Source of the DNA: Lingula anatina
Lineage: Eukaryota; Animalia; Brachiopoda
Assembly: GCA_051362555.1 (NCBI GenBank)
Contig: CM120649.1
Span: 19,296,567 to 19,360,566, forward strand
Direction of reading: 5' to 3'
DNA length: 64,000 nucleotides
Below the pieces are notes generated by a model. That model did not search any database. It saw only the letters and a list, made by a program, of their open reading frames with translations, and was not told where the DNA came from. Position 1 is the stretch's first letter. Every line of letters starts with the position of its first letter. The position numbers were made by a program, and so were the translations under genes. Below are positions 50,685 through 63,941 of this stretch, piece after piece.

Positions 50685-50811
50685 AGGTTTTATATGGGCA
50701 CGGGGCGCAGTGCTTTACACTGCAAACAATGGCATGCGGGGACAATATAAAGGTAAACCCCACCGTTCACCTTTGACATGTGAACCAGCTAGTGAACTGT
50801 GGGAATTTTCC
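50685..50811 (-). promoter_or_regulatory. Putative promoter of gene 1: TATA box, DR1-like element, kB-like site
   Basis: TATAAAA on - strand at ~50688-50694, about 85 nt upstream of the ATG; atgtca-a-aggtga (- strand, ~50767-50779); GGGAATTTTCC at 50801-50811. Confidence 0.5.
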
Positions 50812-52505
50812 TTTCATGTTGGAAGTCTTGAAATTTTGACAGTAAAAAAAAAGAAAGAAAGAAAGGTATTTGAGTGATAACATTGTAATTGATCTAAGCA
50901 AGCAAGTAAGTCGAGTGGGTTAAATTTGAAAGTTGTTTTTTTATATAAGAAAGGCAGGGCATCGTAAATAGAACGGAATCCTTAACGCTGTTAAATGTAG
51001 GTAGCTTTTGGCTCAATCGTATTACGGGCATTCCCATTTTCAGGGAAATGAAAGCAGACGATTTCATACCCAGCACAAAAATGAAAAACAAATAAATTAA
51101 TTATGAAATTAATTGAATTTGAATCCTCGTTGCCCAGTGCCACAAATGCACTGCGTTAATTAGAAAATAGACAAAAAAGATGGAAGAAACTTCAAATATC
51201 AAACATGCCACCGCCTTTTTTATTTGATATAAGATTACAGGGGGTCATATGTGAGATATTGCGAAATAATTTCTCAAGCAGAAAAGACCAGAGAAGGCTC
51301 CTTGTGCGTAGGTGGAGAGCACCGATATTTAATACAAACACTCAATATGGGTGGATTTGGTTGGACTGTTTGTGAATAAAAGCCACTTTTGGAAGGAATA
51401 TGTCAACGCCACAATACCTCTGAGTAGGACTGTGAACTTTTTTGTTTGCCCAGGTATTATTATGCCATATTTTCATGCACTCACCTGGTCTGATCCAGAT
51501 ATTTTTACCTATCAGGTCACGATGTCTATTCTTCTGTTTTCATCTGATGTGTCTTAATCCATCAACTTTACCAAAACACGCAAAAACATTGCGAAATAAT
51601 GGCTGTATAAGCTATTTTGCAACTTTCTCAAAGCACAATAAAAAAAGAAGAAGAAATGCATTGCGAAATGCTTATGTACAATGGCTGTTTGAACTATTTT
51701 GCAACATTTACGACACGCATAAAATATTGCGAAATGTTTACAATGGCTGTTTTAGTCCACTTCGAGACATTATCAAAGCACGTAAAAACAAAGTATGATG
51801 ATAAAGACGTTTTGTCAATATTGACGATTTTCTTAAAAAAAAAAAAGAAATTTTTGTTGTGCCGCGGTTTGGAGCAATAAGAAAAAGTGTTATCCACGTG
51901 CGGCAACCAAAATCCTACCACACTTCCACTACGACAATCTTGCAAGCCGAAATTAAGAGAAGTCCAGAACATATTTTATGTGTAGGTTAAATTATGTTTA
52001 CTAGATTTTGAACATATTGTCTTAAATCATTAGTTGCCAATTTATGGTTAAATCGGAATTGTAATGTAAGTTTTTCAAACATTTTAATTAAAATTGACAT
52101 TTAATTTTTGGAGCTTTTTATGTTGCACGATATCAACGTAGTTAGCCTTACCCGGATTGCTTTCAAAAGCGTTCGGGTTGTTGCTCTCTTTCTCCACCCC
52201 CCCCCCCCCCACCTTCTCCCACCCCCTCCCCACCCCACCATCCTGAAAACAATTTCGCAAAAAAAAAAAAAATTAAAGAAAATATTTTTGTAAACGAGCA
52301 CTTGGACATATGCGAATAAAGAATTTCACATACATACATGGGAGGTACACAAGTCTTTTGATATTAGTAAAACAAGCACACTCTGAAAAATTTAGAGAAT
52401 AACGCCATGAAGGTGGCATAGAGAAAAATTAGGAAATCAGAATTCGCGTCATGTGATATATTTATAGCTCACATGACAGTCACATGGCCTCAATGTGGAT
52501 CCAAA

Positions 52506-52759
52506 ATGGCGACCTCCAGAGCTGTGCTGCTGTTGTTATTCCTGGGAAGTTGTGTGGGTGTGCGGCTGTTCCACAGAGGGCGGCCTCGGGGCGGCATGGT
52601 GGGGGTGCCAGCAGTGAACTGGGAACATGAACTGCCACCAGATCAGTGGATAGAACAGCAGCTGGATCATTTCAATGACGCAGATACCAGGACGTGGAAA
52701 CAGGTGCTTGCCTAATATCACATTTGTAGCGTGATGAAATTCTACTTTAAATGTAAAGG

Positions 52760-52810
<51 letters not shown>

Positions 52811-55800
52811 TTTGTAACATGATGCAGTTTTAAACATAAGTTAAAAGTTTCTGGTGAAATACTGCTTTAAAGGTAAAGTCCTTCCCCCTACCCACAAGAC
52901 CGGCCTTGTAGTTTAACATATTGCTACGCACTTTCAGGTAGTAAAAATATGATATAATAATTTTACATGAGAGTGCAAAAGAAGAGGCTGATTAAGGATT
53001 ACTACACGTAGTACTCAGGCTACTCATAAATGTTACCTAAACTGGTGCAATACAGAATGTAAAAAACAATAATTTAAAGCATTTTTTTTTTTCAGAGATA
53101 CTTTGTCAACGCCACATTCTACAAGCCTGGTGGTCCAGTATTTGTCCAGATTGGAGGTGAGGGGACGGCAGATCCTATCTGGATGGTCACTGGACAGTGG
53201 ATTAAGAATGCAGAGATTTACAATGCCATCTGTTTCCAGGTGGAACACAGGTTCTATGGGAAGAGCCACCCTACACCGTAAGCACCAATGTTGACAATAA
53301 TAATAATAATAATAATGATAAATAAAAAATAATAAAAATAATGATGATTATGAATAATACTGATAATAATAATAATATAATGATGAAGGAAGTGAGAAGA
53401 TCTTGATAAATGGGTCTTGAATTTATCTTCATTTTAACCACACTTTTTACAGAGCTCATACTTGTAGCTGAATGTTTATTTTACATGGTTAAATTATTGA
53501 AAGGTGAAAACATGACGGTTAAGTTGTAACTTTTAGCAAGTTATTGTTTCCAGATGAGATATTCATTCCATATAGCACAGTTATCACATATTCAATAAAT
53601 TGTTTATTAGACAAAGTTCTTTCAGATGATATATAAAAATCTTTCCAAATGAATGTAACACTTATCGCTGATCACCCAATGGCTCTTCCATTTTCACAAC
53701 ATAATTCCCAACTCTATATTTTCAGTGACATGAGCGTGGACAACTTACGATATCTGAGCAGTGAGCAGGCGCTGGCAGATCTGGCTCACTTCAGAGAGTA
53801 CATGGGAAGAAAGATGAATCTCACCAACGCTAAGTGGATCACATTTGGGGGCTCTTACCCAGGTACTTGAGTATATAGTGGGTGGAAGATATGTGGTATC
53901 CAATTCTATACGTCTTGGATCCTCTTTGGTGAGGAAAGGAGAAATAGGGTTGCCAGATTAACATTTTTGTAATTTTTCCCTTGAATTACAGGCATTTTTT
54001 CTTTATTTAATGTTAAAATATGTAATATGCTAAAATATAAAAATATTTTACAATTGTTCTTTTAAGGTTACTAAACAGTTTTCATTTATTCATTCAAAAC
54101 ACTGTATTCTTGAGTCACATGTCATTCATTTGAAGTGATGTTTAATCCTGAATGCATAGAAAAATACTAAGATAAGATTGGATCAATACTCTTAATGTAT
54201 GACAGTAAAGTGTCAAATTTTTAGAGCATTTCAAACGAAGACAAACATCTTATGAATTAAATGATCAGTTTGAATTTTAATTTAAGGCTTATATTGCAAG
54301 AAATTACAGGTATAGTTTGATCTGTCCTAGGCTCGCTGTCTGCCTGGTTTCGTCTGAAATATCCTCACTTAGTGCATGCTGCTGTGGCAACCAGTGCACC
54401 TATGTTTGCCCTGCTCAACTTCAAAGGTATAGAATGCATCTATTATTATTTTTAATGTCATCACACTAGCATACAAATAATTATAGAATAAACTCATTAG
54501 AACAGAACATTAACTGACATACCAGATAAAAAGAAAAAAATCACACTAGTACTTAACATGCTTAATATACTGGTATGCATATAAAAAAAGTAAAACATAT
54601 ACACATATGTAATATACATTATAACAGAGGGCAACATCTGATATTACATCCATTATCACAGAATAATAGATATCTTACTTATAAGTTGAAAGTGGCAAGA
54701 TGCATGCAACTTTTTGTATTAGAACATGTGATTGAAAATGATGCTTTGATTTTTTTATGCCTTGCAGCATATTAATTAACATCATTTGATATAGTTCTTT
54801 TGAATTATTTAATTGTTGATATTGCTGTATATTTTACCAATCAAATTGATAAATTGCCTGTCTCATGTTTTTTTTTTAAATAATTTTTAAATTGCACTTC
54901 TGGAATGAAACTGTGTAGATCAGTTATACACGTACAAGTACTGCAGGTTACAGAAACTTCTGTTGATATTTTAAACTATAGACAACATAGCATTACGTAA
55001 ATATTATATCTTCTGCGTAATATCATAGAAGTAGAGAAAATATTTAATTTCGTATTCTTTTGTAAATGACCAGATTATCTGTCAGTGGTCCGTGATGCCT
55101 TGGATACCACGGCAACAGGAACTATGTGTAACAAGCTGATAGGTGTCGCTGTGGATGCTGTGTCCCAGGCCATCAAGACAGACCAAGGAAAGAAAATGAT
55201 GAAGGAGAAATTCAGGTATATTGTAAGCCACTTGATGTACACTGTCAAGAAGTTTGTAAAAGTACAATAGTGAATTAATTCCATTTTATTGAAAAGTGTT
55301 GATTTAAAACTTCGTGTGAAGGTTCATTTGATGATAGTTATAAATTAAACTGAAATATTTACAGGTAACAAAAATTGTTTTAACATTGTTTAACAAATTT
55401 GTGAAAAAATATCTTCTTTGATCTTGTGGTGTTTTTTTGCCCATTTAGTTTACTTTGTTTGGACTGGCATTTGTACTAAACTTTTTCAGTCCAAATAAAC
55501 TGGCCCAAAATGAATGCTGTACTACCTCCAAAGTTTTCAAATATTTCTCACATTCTTCCTGTTCTTCCTCAGACTTTGTGACAATCTTGATGGTGCCTCT
55601 CCTAATGATATCGCCAACTTATTCAGCACTTTGGCAGGAAACTTTGAGGGGGTGGTGCAGTATAATAAGGACAACAGGGCTTTTGAGGTTCGTCTTATTG
55701 TTATCTTTTATGATTTTAGACATTTTTAAAAATTAAATCAAAAATCTGTGTGGGAATACTGGTTACTATCTGCTCACCATGTATAATGATACATACAACA

Positions 55801-57379
55801 CAGTGGTATCGGTATACTGCAGACATGAGCTTTTTCCGCAGAAAAGTGGAATTTTGCATTTTTTAATTCAATTCTGATGATTCCTGAGATTCATCAAGGT
55901 TAGGTGTTGGCTCCCATGATAAATGTTCAGAGGGTTTTTTTTAAACCTGGCTTATGTGTGATACTGTAACATGCACTAAGTATTTCCATTTATTCCCAGG
56001 GAGCCGTGGGCACCAACATCACCATAGACACCCTGTGTGGACTGATGGCCGCCCAGCGCGCTGACCCTCTGACTGGCTTCTCAATGGTCAACTCTCTCAT
56101 ACTGGACACATACAAACAACCCTGCCTGGACTTCTCATATAAGAACATGATCAAAGAGTTACAGTTGACTGACTGGAATAGCAGTGCTGCTGAGGGGGGT
56201 AAGAGAAATGAAGGGAAAATGGTATGAAATAATTTTGCCACTATGTAAAGATATTGTCACAATGTATCAGAAAGTGTCTACTTTTGTTATTTTGTATCAT
56301 TTTCAGGGCGCCAGTGGACGTACCAGACTTGTACAGAGTTTGGTTGGTACCAGTCGTCAGATCTCACAGACCAGCCCTTTGGTCACATGTTTCCTGTCAG
56401 GTAAACCTCATCGATGACCGTTCATTTATATGCTAGGTTGATTTGTCTCTTTGTTGTATATTGGTTGGTTGAATGTGAGGAGATGAGGTCAAGTTCTTTA
56501 ATTGGACATTTGTCAGAAATTGCTACGGGTTTCCTGTGATGAAGGGAACTCTTTTGATTCTGGTGGAAAACACTTATTATAATTTTTTTTGATTGACGCA
56601 CTTTCCATTGGCAGATCACGTATGAATACCACACAGAACTGTGTAAAGAAACATTCAACATGGAGAACTGTTTATGTCCTAGATACAACGCATCAAAATT
56701 CATTGCACTGCGTCATTTTAAAGTAACCTAACTGGTGTTTCATTCTCTCTCTTACAGTTTCTCAGTTCAGCAGTGCAAGGATATATTTGGTGACAAATTC
56801 ACTCAGGCTCTCAACGTACAAGGTATAAACAGGACCAACACTAACTACGGAGGATACGGGATCAAAGTGAGCCGTATTCTCTTCCCCAATGGTTCCATAG
56901 ACCCCTGGCACGCTCTGGGGATCACCAAGGATCTCACACCTGATGCCAGGGCCATTTTTATTAAAGGTGAGAATAATTGTCACAGTGTGTACACAGCTGA
57001 ACATAAGTGGTTCAGCGAGAAAAATAAATAAATGAAAAATTAAAATGAATAAACAAACACTGCTGCTGTATCACTTAAAAGGGTTAAAGGAAAAAAATCT
57101 TGCTGTTGAACCAATTTTCAAAAAATCACCAATAAGATATATATTTATAATTATTTATAATTACTGAGATGATTATAGATATATATACATAATGATTATC
57201 ATTAGGAAATAATATAACATATAGTACATTCCTATATAAATGTACATGTTAATTTACATAAAATTCCAGGAACAGCTCACTGTGCCAACATGTATCCTGA
57301 CTCACCCTCTGATTCCCCCCAGCTGGTGGCGGCCAGGATGGCCATTAGGAAACAGATTGGACAGTGGCTGCAGAGCTGA
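52506..57379 (+). CDS. PRSS16: Peptidase family S28 serine protease (PRSS16/TSSP-like, ~493 aa); exons 52506-52703, 53096-53277, 53726-53862, 54331-54426, 55074-55215, 55573-55687, 56000-56198, 56307-56400, 56758-56966, 57270-57379
   Basis: Signal peptide; [27 protein letters not shown], catalytic [40 protein letters not shown]; all splice phases consistent. Confidence 0.9.
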
Positions 57380-58445
57380 GGGACAGAAATCTTCCCTGTC
57401 CTCTGATAGCAGCTGTAGTGAAGAAATGGCTCAAATAATAATGAAGAACAAAAGAAAAATGAAAATTTTTCTTGGAATGGCAAGAAATGTCCAGCTGTGA
57501 TAGATGACCTCTGGTTGGTGTATTGGTTGGGAGGGTAGGATTTGGAAAAATAATGATAATAATATCCACAGAAAAAAGATTTAGAAAAATTGTTGATAAA
57601 ATCAGGTCTTCGTTGATTCAGGGATTCATTGGAGATGATGGAACACTTCATCAGTTTATCTCAAGACAGATTCGAAAAGAGTAGAAACATGTCTGTCGCA
57701 GCAGGCTGCACCACATGTATCAATATGGCAAAAACAATGATTATGCAGTTTTTTAAATTGAGATACTTAATGATTAACATTTGATATCTGATAAATGGTT
57801 GTATTTGTCATCTGACACACAAGAAAAATATAAAATCTTTATATGAGGTAGATTTTTGTAGATGTTCAAAGAAAAATAAAATTATGGACAATTTTGTGGT
57901 TATTTATTTTTTTAACAAATGCAAAAACACATGCTCAGATCATCTAATTTTGATAATTTTTTCAGTACGAATAAACAAACCTTAAAAGAAAACTATGAAA
58001 AAAGAGAAAGAAAAAAGTGCAAATTCATATGAGAAATAAACTCTGGAATATATTTTAAGTTGACATTGTTTTTATTTGTCTTTTTGTGATAATTTTTGTT
58101 TTCTTAATTCTTTTTGCTCATTTATCTCAGCATTAAAGGTGTATATTTTCCTTACATCAGTAATGATTATTACCACCAATCTCATCTGAAAAAGAAAATA
58201 ATGTTTGCCAAAAAGACGAACAACCTGTTCTATGATTATAAAATCATTAATTTTTTTGGCACGCTTTCATTTGAAGAATGTTGTAAGTAAAATTATTTCC
58301 CCTCATAAAGAATACTAAGTTGCTTATTTATTAAATAAATTTATTTTTATTTTATTTTCAATTGAATTTATCTGGTTTTATTTAACCAGCACTAAAAAGT
58401 AAATCACACCCAGCAGTAAGAACACCTGAAGCATCCAGGGGTGCG

Positions 58446-58453
58446 TGACGTCA
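58446..58453. promoter_or_regulatory. Palindromic CRE (TGACGTCA) upstream of MSL2
   Basis: Exact CREB/ATF consensus about 120 nt before the ATG, where AT-rich DNA gives way to CpG-richer sequence. Confidence 0.45.
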
Positions 58454-58569
58454 TCATTTTCTGTGCACCGCCATTACACAAAGCCCGTCGTAGGCGGAGA
58501 TACAATGTGGTAAAAATACACACCGACGGTTCCTCGCTGCGACTTCCATCCCTTCTAGACAGGGGCAGG

Positions 58570-59715
58570 ATGGACACGGTATCTCTTTATGTCACCACGT
58601 GCAGGTATGTTATGCGATCGGATCCCAACGATCCGAGCACCTACAGTGAATTGTACCGCTACGTCCCTTTCCTTCGCCAAGCGTTACTGTGCTACGTGTG
58701 TGGAGGGATATTGCAGCGTCCTATGGGTCCTGTGGAGAAAGTCTGTCAGCATAATGTGTGTAATGATTGCGTCGGTGGGAAAATGAGGCTTAAGCCACAG
58801 TGTAGTTGGTGTAAAGACCATAAAGCGTTCATAGAAAAACCACAGCTAAGGATCGTAGTACAGCTTTTCAAAAAATTATGTGAATACATTTTGAGTACAC
58901 CGCTAGCGGAGAAGATAGCCGCAGGGAGCGTGAATGGAGAGAGTAATTCTTTATTACAAATCATGCAAGAGGCGGTGGATTTTCGGGACGATCTGTATAG
59001 CAATGGCGAATCTCAGAAGAAATTGAAAGAAAATGGACCACCGAAGCTAACCAAGATAAACAATAACAAACCCAGTAAATCTCACCTAACGCAACGGGGA
59101 CGAAAGCCGTCGTCTCAGCAGTCGCAATCAGCGCAGCCTCCATCACCGTCGCTCTCTTCTCCAACGGCGGACAGCACGATTGTCGCTCCAACAAACGACA
59201 CGAACTCTGTTAACACTGCCGAGCAAACTGTCACATCTAGCAGTACTTTGTGTGAGGGGGTGGTTTTATCAGGTATTCCTTTACAACAAGATGCCATGGC
59301 AACAGTAACCTCAGCGGGGCCGGCTGAAGGGCAAGCCGCAACGTCGAACCACCACTACAGCGTAACTCTAACCAACCATGACACCCCCAGACTAAAACTT
59401 AAACGTAAATATCCCACAGACGATCACTCCAGTATGATTAAAAAATACAAACCAGACAGCGCGATTACTTCAGGTAATAAAAAGACCTCGTCAAAAAACC
59501 AGAACGCCGACGCGAAGAAGAAGGGTTGCCGGTGCGGTAACGCCACTCCTACACCGGGCAAGCTGACGTGTTACGGTCAGCGGTGCCCGTGCTACGTGCA
59601 GCGTGTCGCGTGCACAGAGTGTCGATGTCGCGGCTGTCGGAATCCAGTAAAACCCATCAAAGTTGAAATATCTGAAAACTTAGAGGTAGAAGAGGAGGAA
59701 ATAAGCGTTGTATGA
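58570..59715 (+). CDS. MSL2: E3 ubiquitin ligase MSL2 (male-specific lethal 2 homologue), 381 aa, single coding exon
   Basis: N-terminal RING (C..C...CQHNVC..C.GGKMRLKP.CSWC) and C-terminal CXC domain (GCRCGNATPTPGKLTCYGQRCPCY...C..C.CRGCRNP); start at aggATGg. Confidence 0.93.
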   Translation: MDTVSLYVTTCRYVMRSDPNDPSTYSELYRYVPFLRQALLCYVCGGILQRPMGPVEKVCQHNVCNDCVGGKMRLKPQCSWCKDHKAFIEKPQLRIVVQLFKKLCEYILSTPLAEKIAAGSVNGESNSLLQIMQEAVDFRDDLYSNGESQKKLKENGPPKLTKINNNKPSKSHLTQRGRKPSSQQSQSAQPPSPSLSSPTADSTIVAPTNDTNSVNTAEQTVTSSSTLCEGVVLSGIPLQQDAMATVTSAGPAEGQAATSNHHYSVTLTNHDTPRLKLKRKYPTDDHSSMIKKYKPDSAITSGNKKTSSKNQNADAKKKGCRCGNATPTPGKLTCYGQRCPCYVQRVACTECRCRGCRNPVKPIKVEISENLEVEEEEISVV

Positions 59716-60835
59716 TTACTTGTAGTTGCTTTGTAACTTATATATTCCACAATATTTGCTCCTCCGCTACATTTTTTTCATGAAATATTTTATTTTGGAG
59801 TATCTTATAAAATTAAGGGAAAAGAAACATTTTAACCCCATGTTACATCTCTTCTCTTTAATTGTTATGGATGTAAGTGTCAACTAGTTTGGCTCGGTGT
59901 AGGGTGTGCGTAGGGGTAAATATTGTGAAATGGCTCCTTTATGAAATAGACTACGTTTGTTTTTTCGGTTTATGTGACATCTTCGACTTGTATAGAAAAG
60001 TAATAAGGGATAGTGTTACTAGGAAAACTTTGGTTTTATTCCATCGTGAACTTCCAAGAAGTTTCACAGATTAGAGATGCAGTGCATTTTCTGGACAAAT
60101 TCTCGTGAGGCTTGTTTTATTATTATATAATTCATTTTTCCATGTATTTAATTGTTTACTTTATTATTCTTCGTCTTGACCAATTCTTGTAGGAGTGAGT
60201 TTTTGAACGGCAATGAGCGGTTGACACAATGGCAAGTAAACGTGGCCCGGGCCGTCATTTTCAAAAACAAATATGTTTGTTCACAAATTTTTACTAATCA
60301 CTATTATGACTCTACGAAAAATCTGTCTTCAGCAATTATGTTTGTAAAACATTTGAATTTTAGCGGACATGTATGCTGTCAAACTGTACAGGCCTTATAG
60401 TCGGAAAAAGTCCACTCGGAATAAAAAATTGATCTGGTTTCTATGATATTTTTCAAATTGGGTCAACTGGGGGGGGGGGGGGGGGAATTTTTCAGAAAAT
60501 TAATCCCCTTTTGAAAAAAGCTTGAAATCCACAAGCCTGCTGTATTAAGTAGTCAGTATGCTCCTATAACAAGTGGTCTACGTCATTAATTATTGCGTAT
60601 AGCACATGTCACGTGTTTGAAGACGTTAAAAAAACGACGAAGAATTTACTAGCTGAGACTGATTATTGATTGGTTATTGTAAGGTGTTTTTGTATTTACT
60701 TTGTTAAGGCTACCTCGAAGTTTGTGGTGTTGCTTGCTTGGATTACGAAAAAAAAGGATATGCACCGAAATAAGCGAAAACAATTGGTAATTTGCTATCA
60801 ATTTTCAGTCGACGTAAAACTCAGATTTAATTTAA

Positions 60836-61168
60836 AGGGATAACAACTGTTCATTTTGGCCAAAAAAATGAATTATCCTGGGGTAAAGAGCAATTTTTCC
60901 ATACTTTCCAATGGTTAATGAATCCATTTCTGCATTCAAAGTTAGTCCCTGTTTTTTTCTAAAAAGTTTTTTTATAATAAACTCTTAAGAGATTATTACA
61001 TAGTATAGCCATATATGCAGGTCACGTGGTCAGATGACAAGCACATATTTCAGATTTACTGCTATTACTGTCGTTTTTTTTGGAAAATGGAATATATTAT
61101 ATTTCTGTGAGCTGTTTACAACGTATTTATTGTGAAATATAGATCTCATACGAAGAGTTGTTATCCCT
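60836..61168. mobile_element. Non-autonomous TTAA-targeting DNA transposon (Kolobok-like)
   Basis: TTAA|agggataacaact...agttgttatccct|TTAA. Confidence 0.75.
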
Positions 61169-62772
61169 TTAAATAGAATGGACCCCTCCTTTTGTACCAT
61201 GCACACAAAAAGCGCATCACTAAACAGTGTTCAGTTAGTAGATTTCATAAAAAAAACGGGTTACAGTAGAGGGTGCATTTTTCAATAGAAAGTTGAGCTA
61301 TTCTTACTACATTGTTTTCGTAAGATCTCTCGTTTTACGTGTATGTAATACATCTCTGTTTACCGTTTTCTAACTTTTGGTCATTTAGTTATCAGAGTGT
61401 TTGAGCAACTGGGTATTTTTACTGTCTCAAAGTTACGTCCGTGATATATTCTACTTAAGTATTTTGCTGGATATCGCGTATGGCACATAAGTATCTTGGT
61501 CATAATTGCGTTTGTTTTGTCAACAGTTGTAGCTTATAACCTGGTACTTTGAAATTTGCAATTAAAAAGTTGAATGGTTTGCATATGGTAAAGAGCATGG
61601 TTTAACTGTTATCAAGATTCTTGCTGTTATATAAATTAGGTAGAATTCCATTTCAATTAAAGGCGCATTCTCGTTAACTCTCGTTCAGGGTTGTAATGTT
61701 CATCTGTTAAAACTAAGATGTTAGAAGAAATAAATACATGTACTTTATGCTTGTGTTTATGTCTTCGACACCTCGACGTCGCCGCACAACGACCTGTCAC
61801 CATCTTATTGCTCCGCTGTGACAGGAATGGTAGTCCGCGAAGAACCGTAGTCCGTTCCCCATTACTTTGCACAGGTGACATTTGTCCCATATTCTAACCC
61901 CCATACTCCGTCTAACCCTTACCACTTATTATAATGGTCCCCGGACTTCTATTTCTAGGACTTCCATTCCTGTCACAGCGGTAGGACTTATCATAAATTT
62001 GACCCACTTGAGACAAAATGCATGAAAAATAATTTTTTTGCTACAATGGTTTATTAAAATTTTGTGCAAAATTGTTTACCCTGATGTCGGCATTTATTTA
62101 CTATAAAACTAAGCTTTCGCGATTAGACAGTTACAAGCACTCAACACCACGCACCCTGGGCGGGTATTCGAGAAATACTGAATTTACATTTTGTTCGATA
62201 ATAATTATAAAGCACCGGTAAGTCTTGACCTTGATCCTAACGCCAGTAACCTAAGACCGCGGGTAGGGATCTGGGGTAGGAAAAAACAGGCCGTGTCTGG
62301 TAGTTGGGTAGGCCTGAAGAACCACCCATTGGACCCAAAAAATGGTCACTATGAATCAAAATGTAATCAAGGTTCTATGCCATTTCTAAGTTCTTGGGTC
62401 AATAATGACAGTAAATAAAAAAAGGTCCACTTTTCCAGAGAAAAAATCTTTGAAATTGCTGCGAACGGGACTGTTCCATGAATGGTTCGTCTGAACTAGA
62501 AGCTAATAACCTTTAACTGAATCTCTTTAACCTCTAATTCAAAGCGTCCATCATCCATCCTACTAATGTCACTTCTTGTTAATGAATCAGACATAATGCT
62601 AAATCAAATTAATGGATAATTGTTAATGTTTAATCATCTATCGGCGATTCGTGTGGCTCAAATTACAGATAAATTTATCATTTTCAATGGGATTCATGGC
62701 CTTGTCACCCCGGTCCTTTTCGAGGCTCACGTCACCATGGTGATCATCCAAACTGTGGTACCCCGTTGATTT

Positions 62773-63196
62773 CTACTGTGAAGACCCCATCATCAGCTTC
62801 AAATCTTCCTTGGGATGTCGCACGTCGACGGCGGATATCTGGTACTTATCTACCAAGATATCCAGCACAGTGGGCGTGATGAAGGCCGGGAGGACAGGCC
62901 CCAGGCGAATATTCTTCACGCCAAGATGGAGAAGAGAGAGGAGAACAGCGACCGCCTTCTGCTCGAACCAGGACAGGGCGATGGAGAGAGGGAGCGAGTT
63001 GATGTCGGTCTCGAAGGCCCCTGCCAGAGCGTTGGCGACCACCACGGCGCCGTAGCTATCGTTACACTGACCCATGTCCAACAGACGGGGCAGACCTGAA
63101 AGTGATGACCACAACATGTTGGAGTTTATTGGGGAGAAAGGTGTTTATTGTACACTAAGAACAGGTGTGTGTGTGTGTGTGTCAGAGAGAGAGAGA

Positions 63197-63232
<36 letters not shown>

Positions 63233-63941
63233 ACCTGTTGTCCCCAGCGTCCCCAGCTCCTTACGGTTAAAGCGGAATTTGGCACATCCCATGGTGAGGA
63301 CCACGGTCTCTGGCGGCAAGCTGTCCACCAGAGTGGCGAAGTAGTTCCGCTTGTGTTCGGCGCCGTCACAACCACCAACCACGAATATGCGTTTCAATTC
63401 GCCTGATTTCACTGCTTCAATAACCTATTTGAATAGAACAGCCGGTCGGTGACGGTTTAAACTGCATAAAACCAGCAAGAAATTCAACTTGCGAATATAT
63501 CAATCCAAATATGAGAAAACGTTCAACATTTGACAACGGGTACTTCGTACGACGGAAAAAACCAGCATTCCCATCGCAGAACAAACTCAAACAAAAGTGC
63601 CATTTTAAAAAATGGAGAGCCTGACCATCCCCTACCTTGTCTGCGTTGTCTAACAGGACATCTCTGCCAAATCCCACACTCAGGAACTGCTCTTCCGTCT
63701 TGTCGTCTGCCTCGGGAAACCCTTTCAGCTCATTGGCTAGTTTGATCACGCGGTCCATGTCACGTGTTACGTCGATGTGCTCAACACCTGGCCAACCACA
63801 GTCGTTCAAAGTAAAAAGGCGGTCCTTGTACGATTTCATTGGTTCAATCATACAGTTGGTTGTTATGACAACGGGACCAGGGAATGTCGGGAATTCAAAC
63901 TGCTGAAGCTGCCACGCCCCTCCAAAATGTCCAGCAAGGTG
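62773..63941 (-). CDS. hcp: Hybrid-cluster protein (hydroxylamine/NO reductase, prismane), 3' part; exons 63941-63636, 63424-63235, 63095-62773; gene continues beyond the window
   Basis: Spliced frame [106 protein letters not shown]; GT-AG introns of phase 0 and 1. Confidence 0.92.

Noticed and set aside
58441-58569. 43-aa N-terminal extension of MSL2 from GTG
   Set aside because: Non-ATG start; the MSL2-like sequence begins at the ATG at 58570
62773-63941. Hcp as bacterial contamination
   Set aside because: GT-AG introns with microsatellites and continuity with animal genes; a chimeric join still needs a read check
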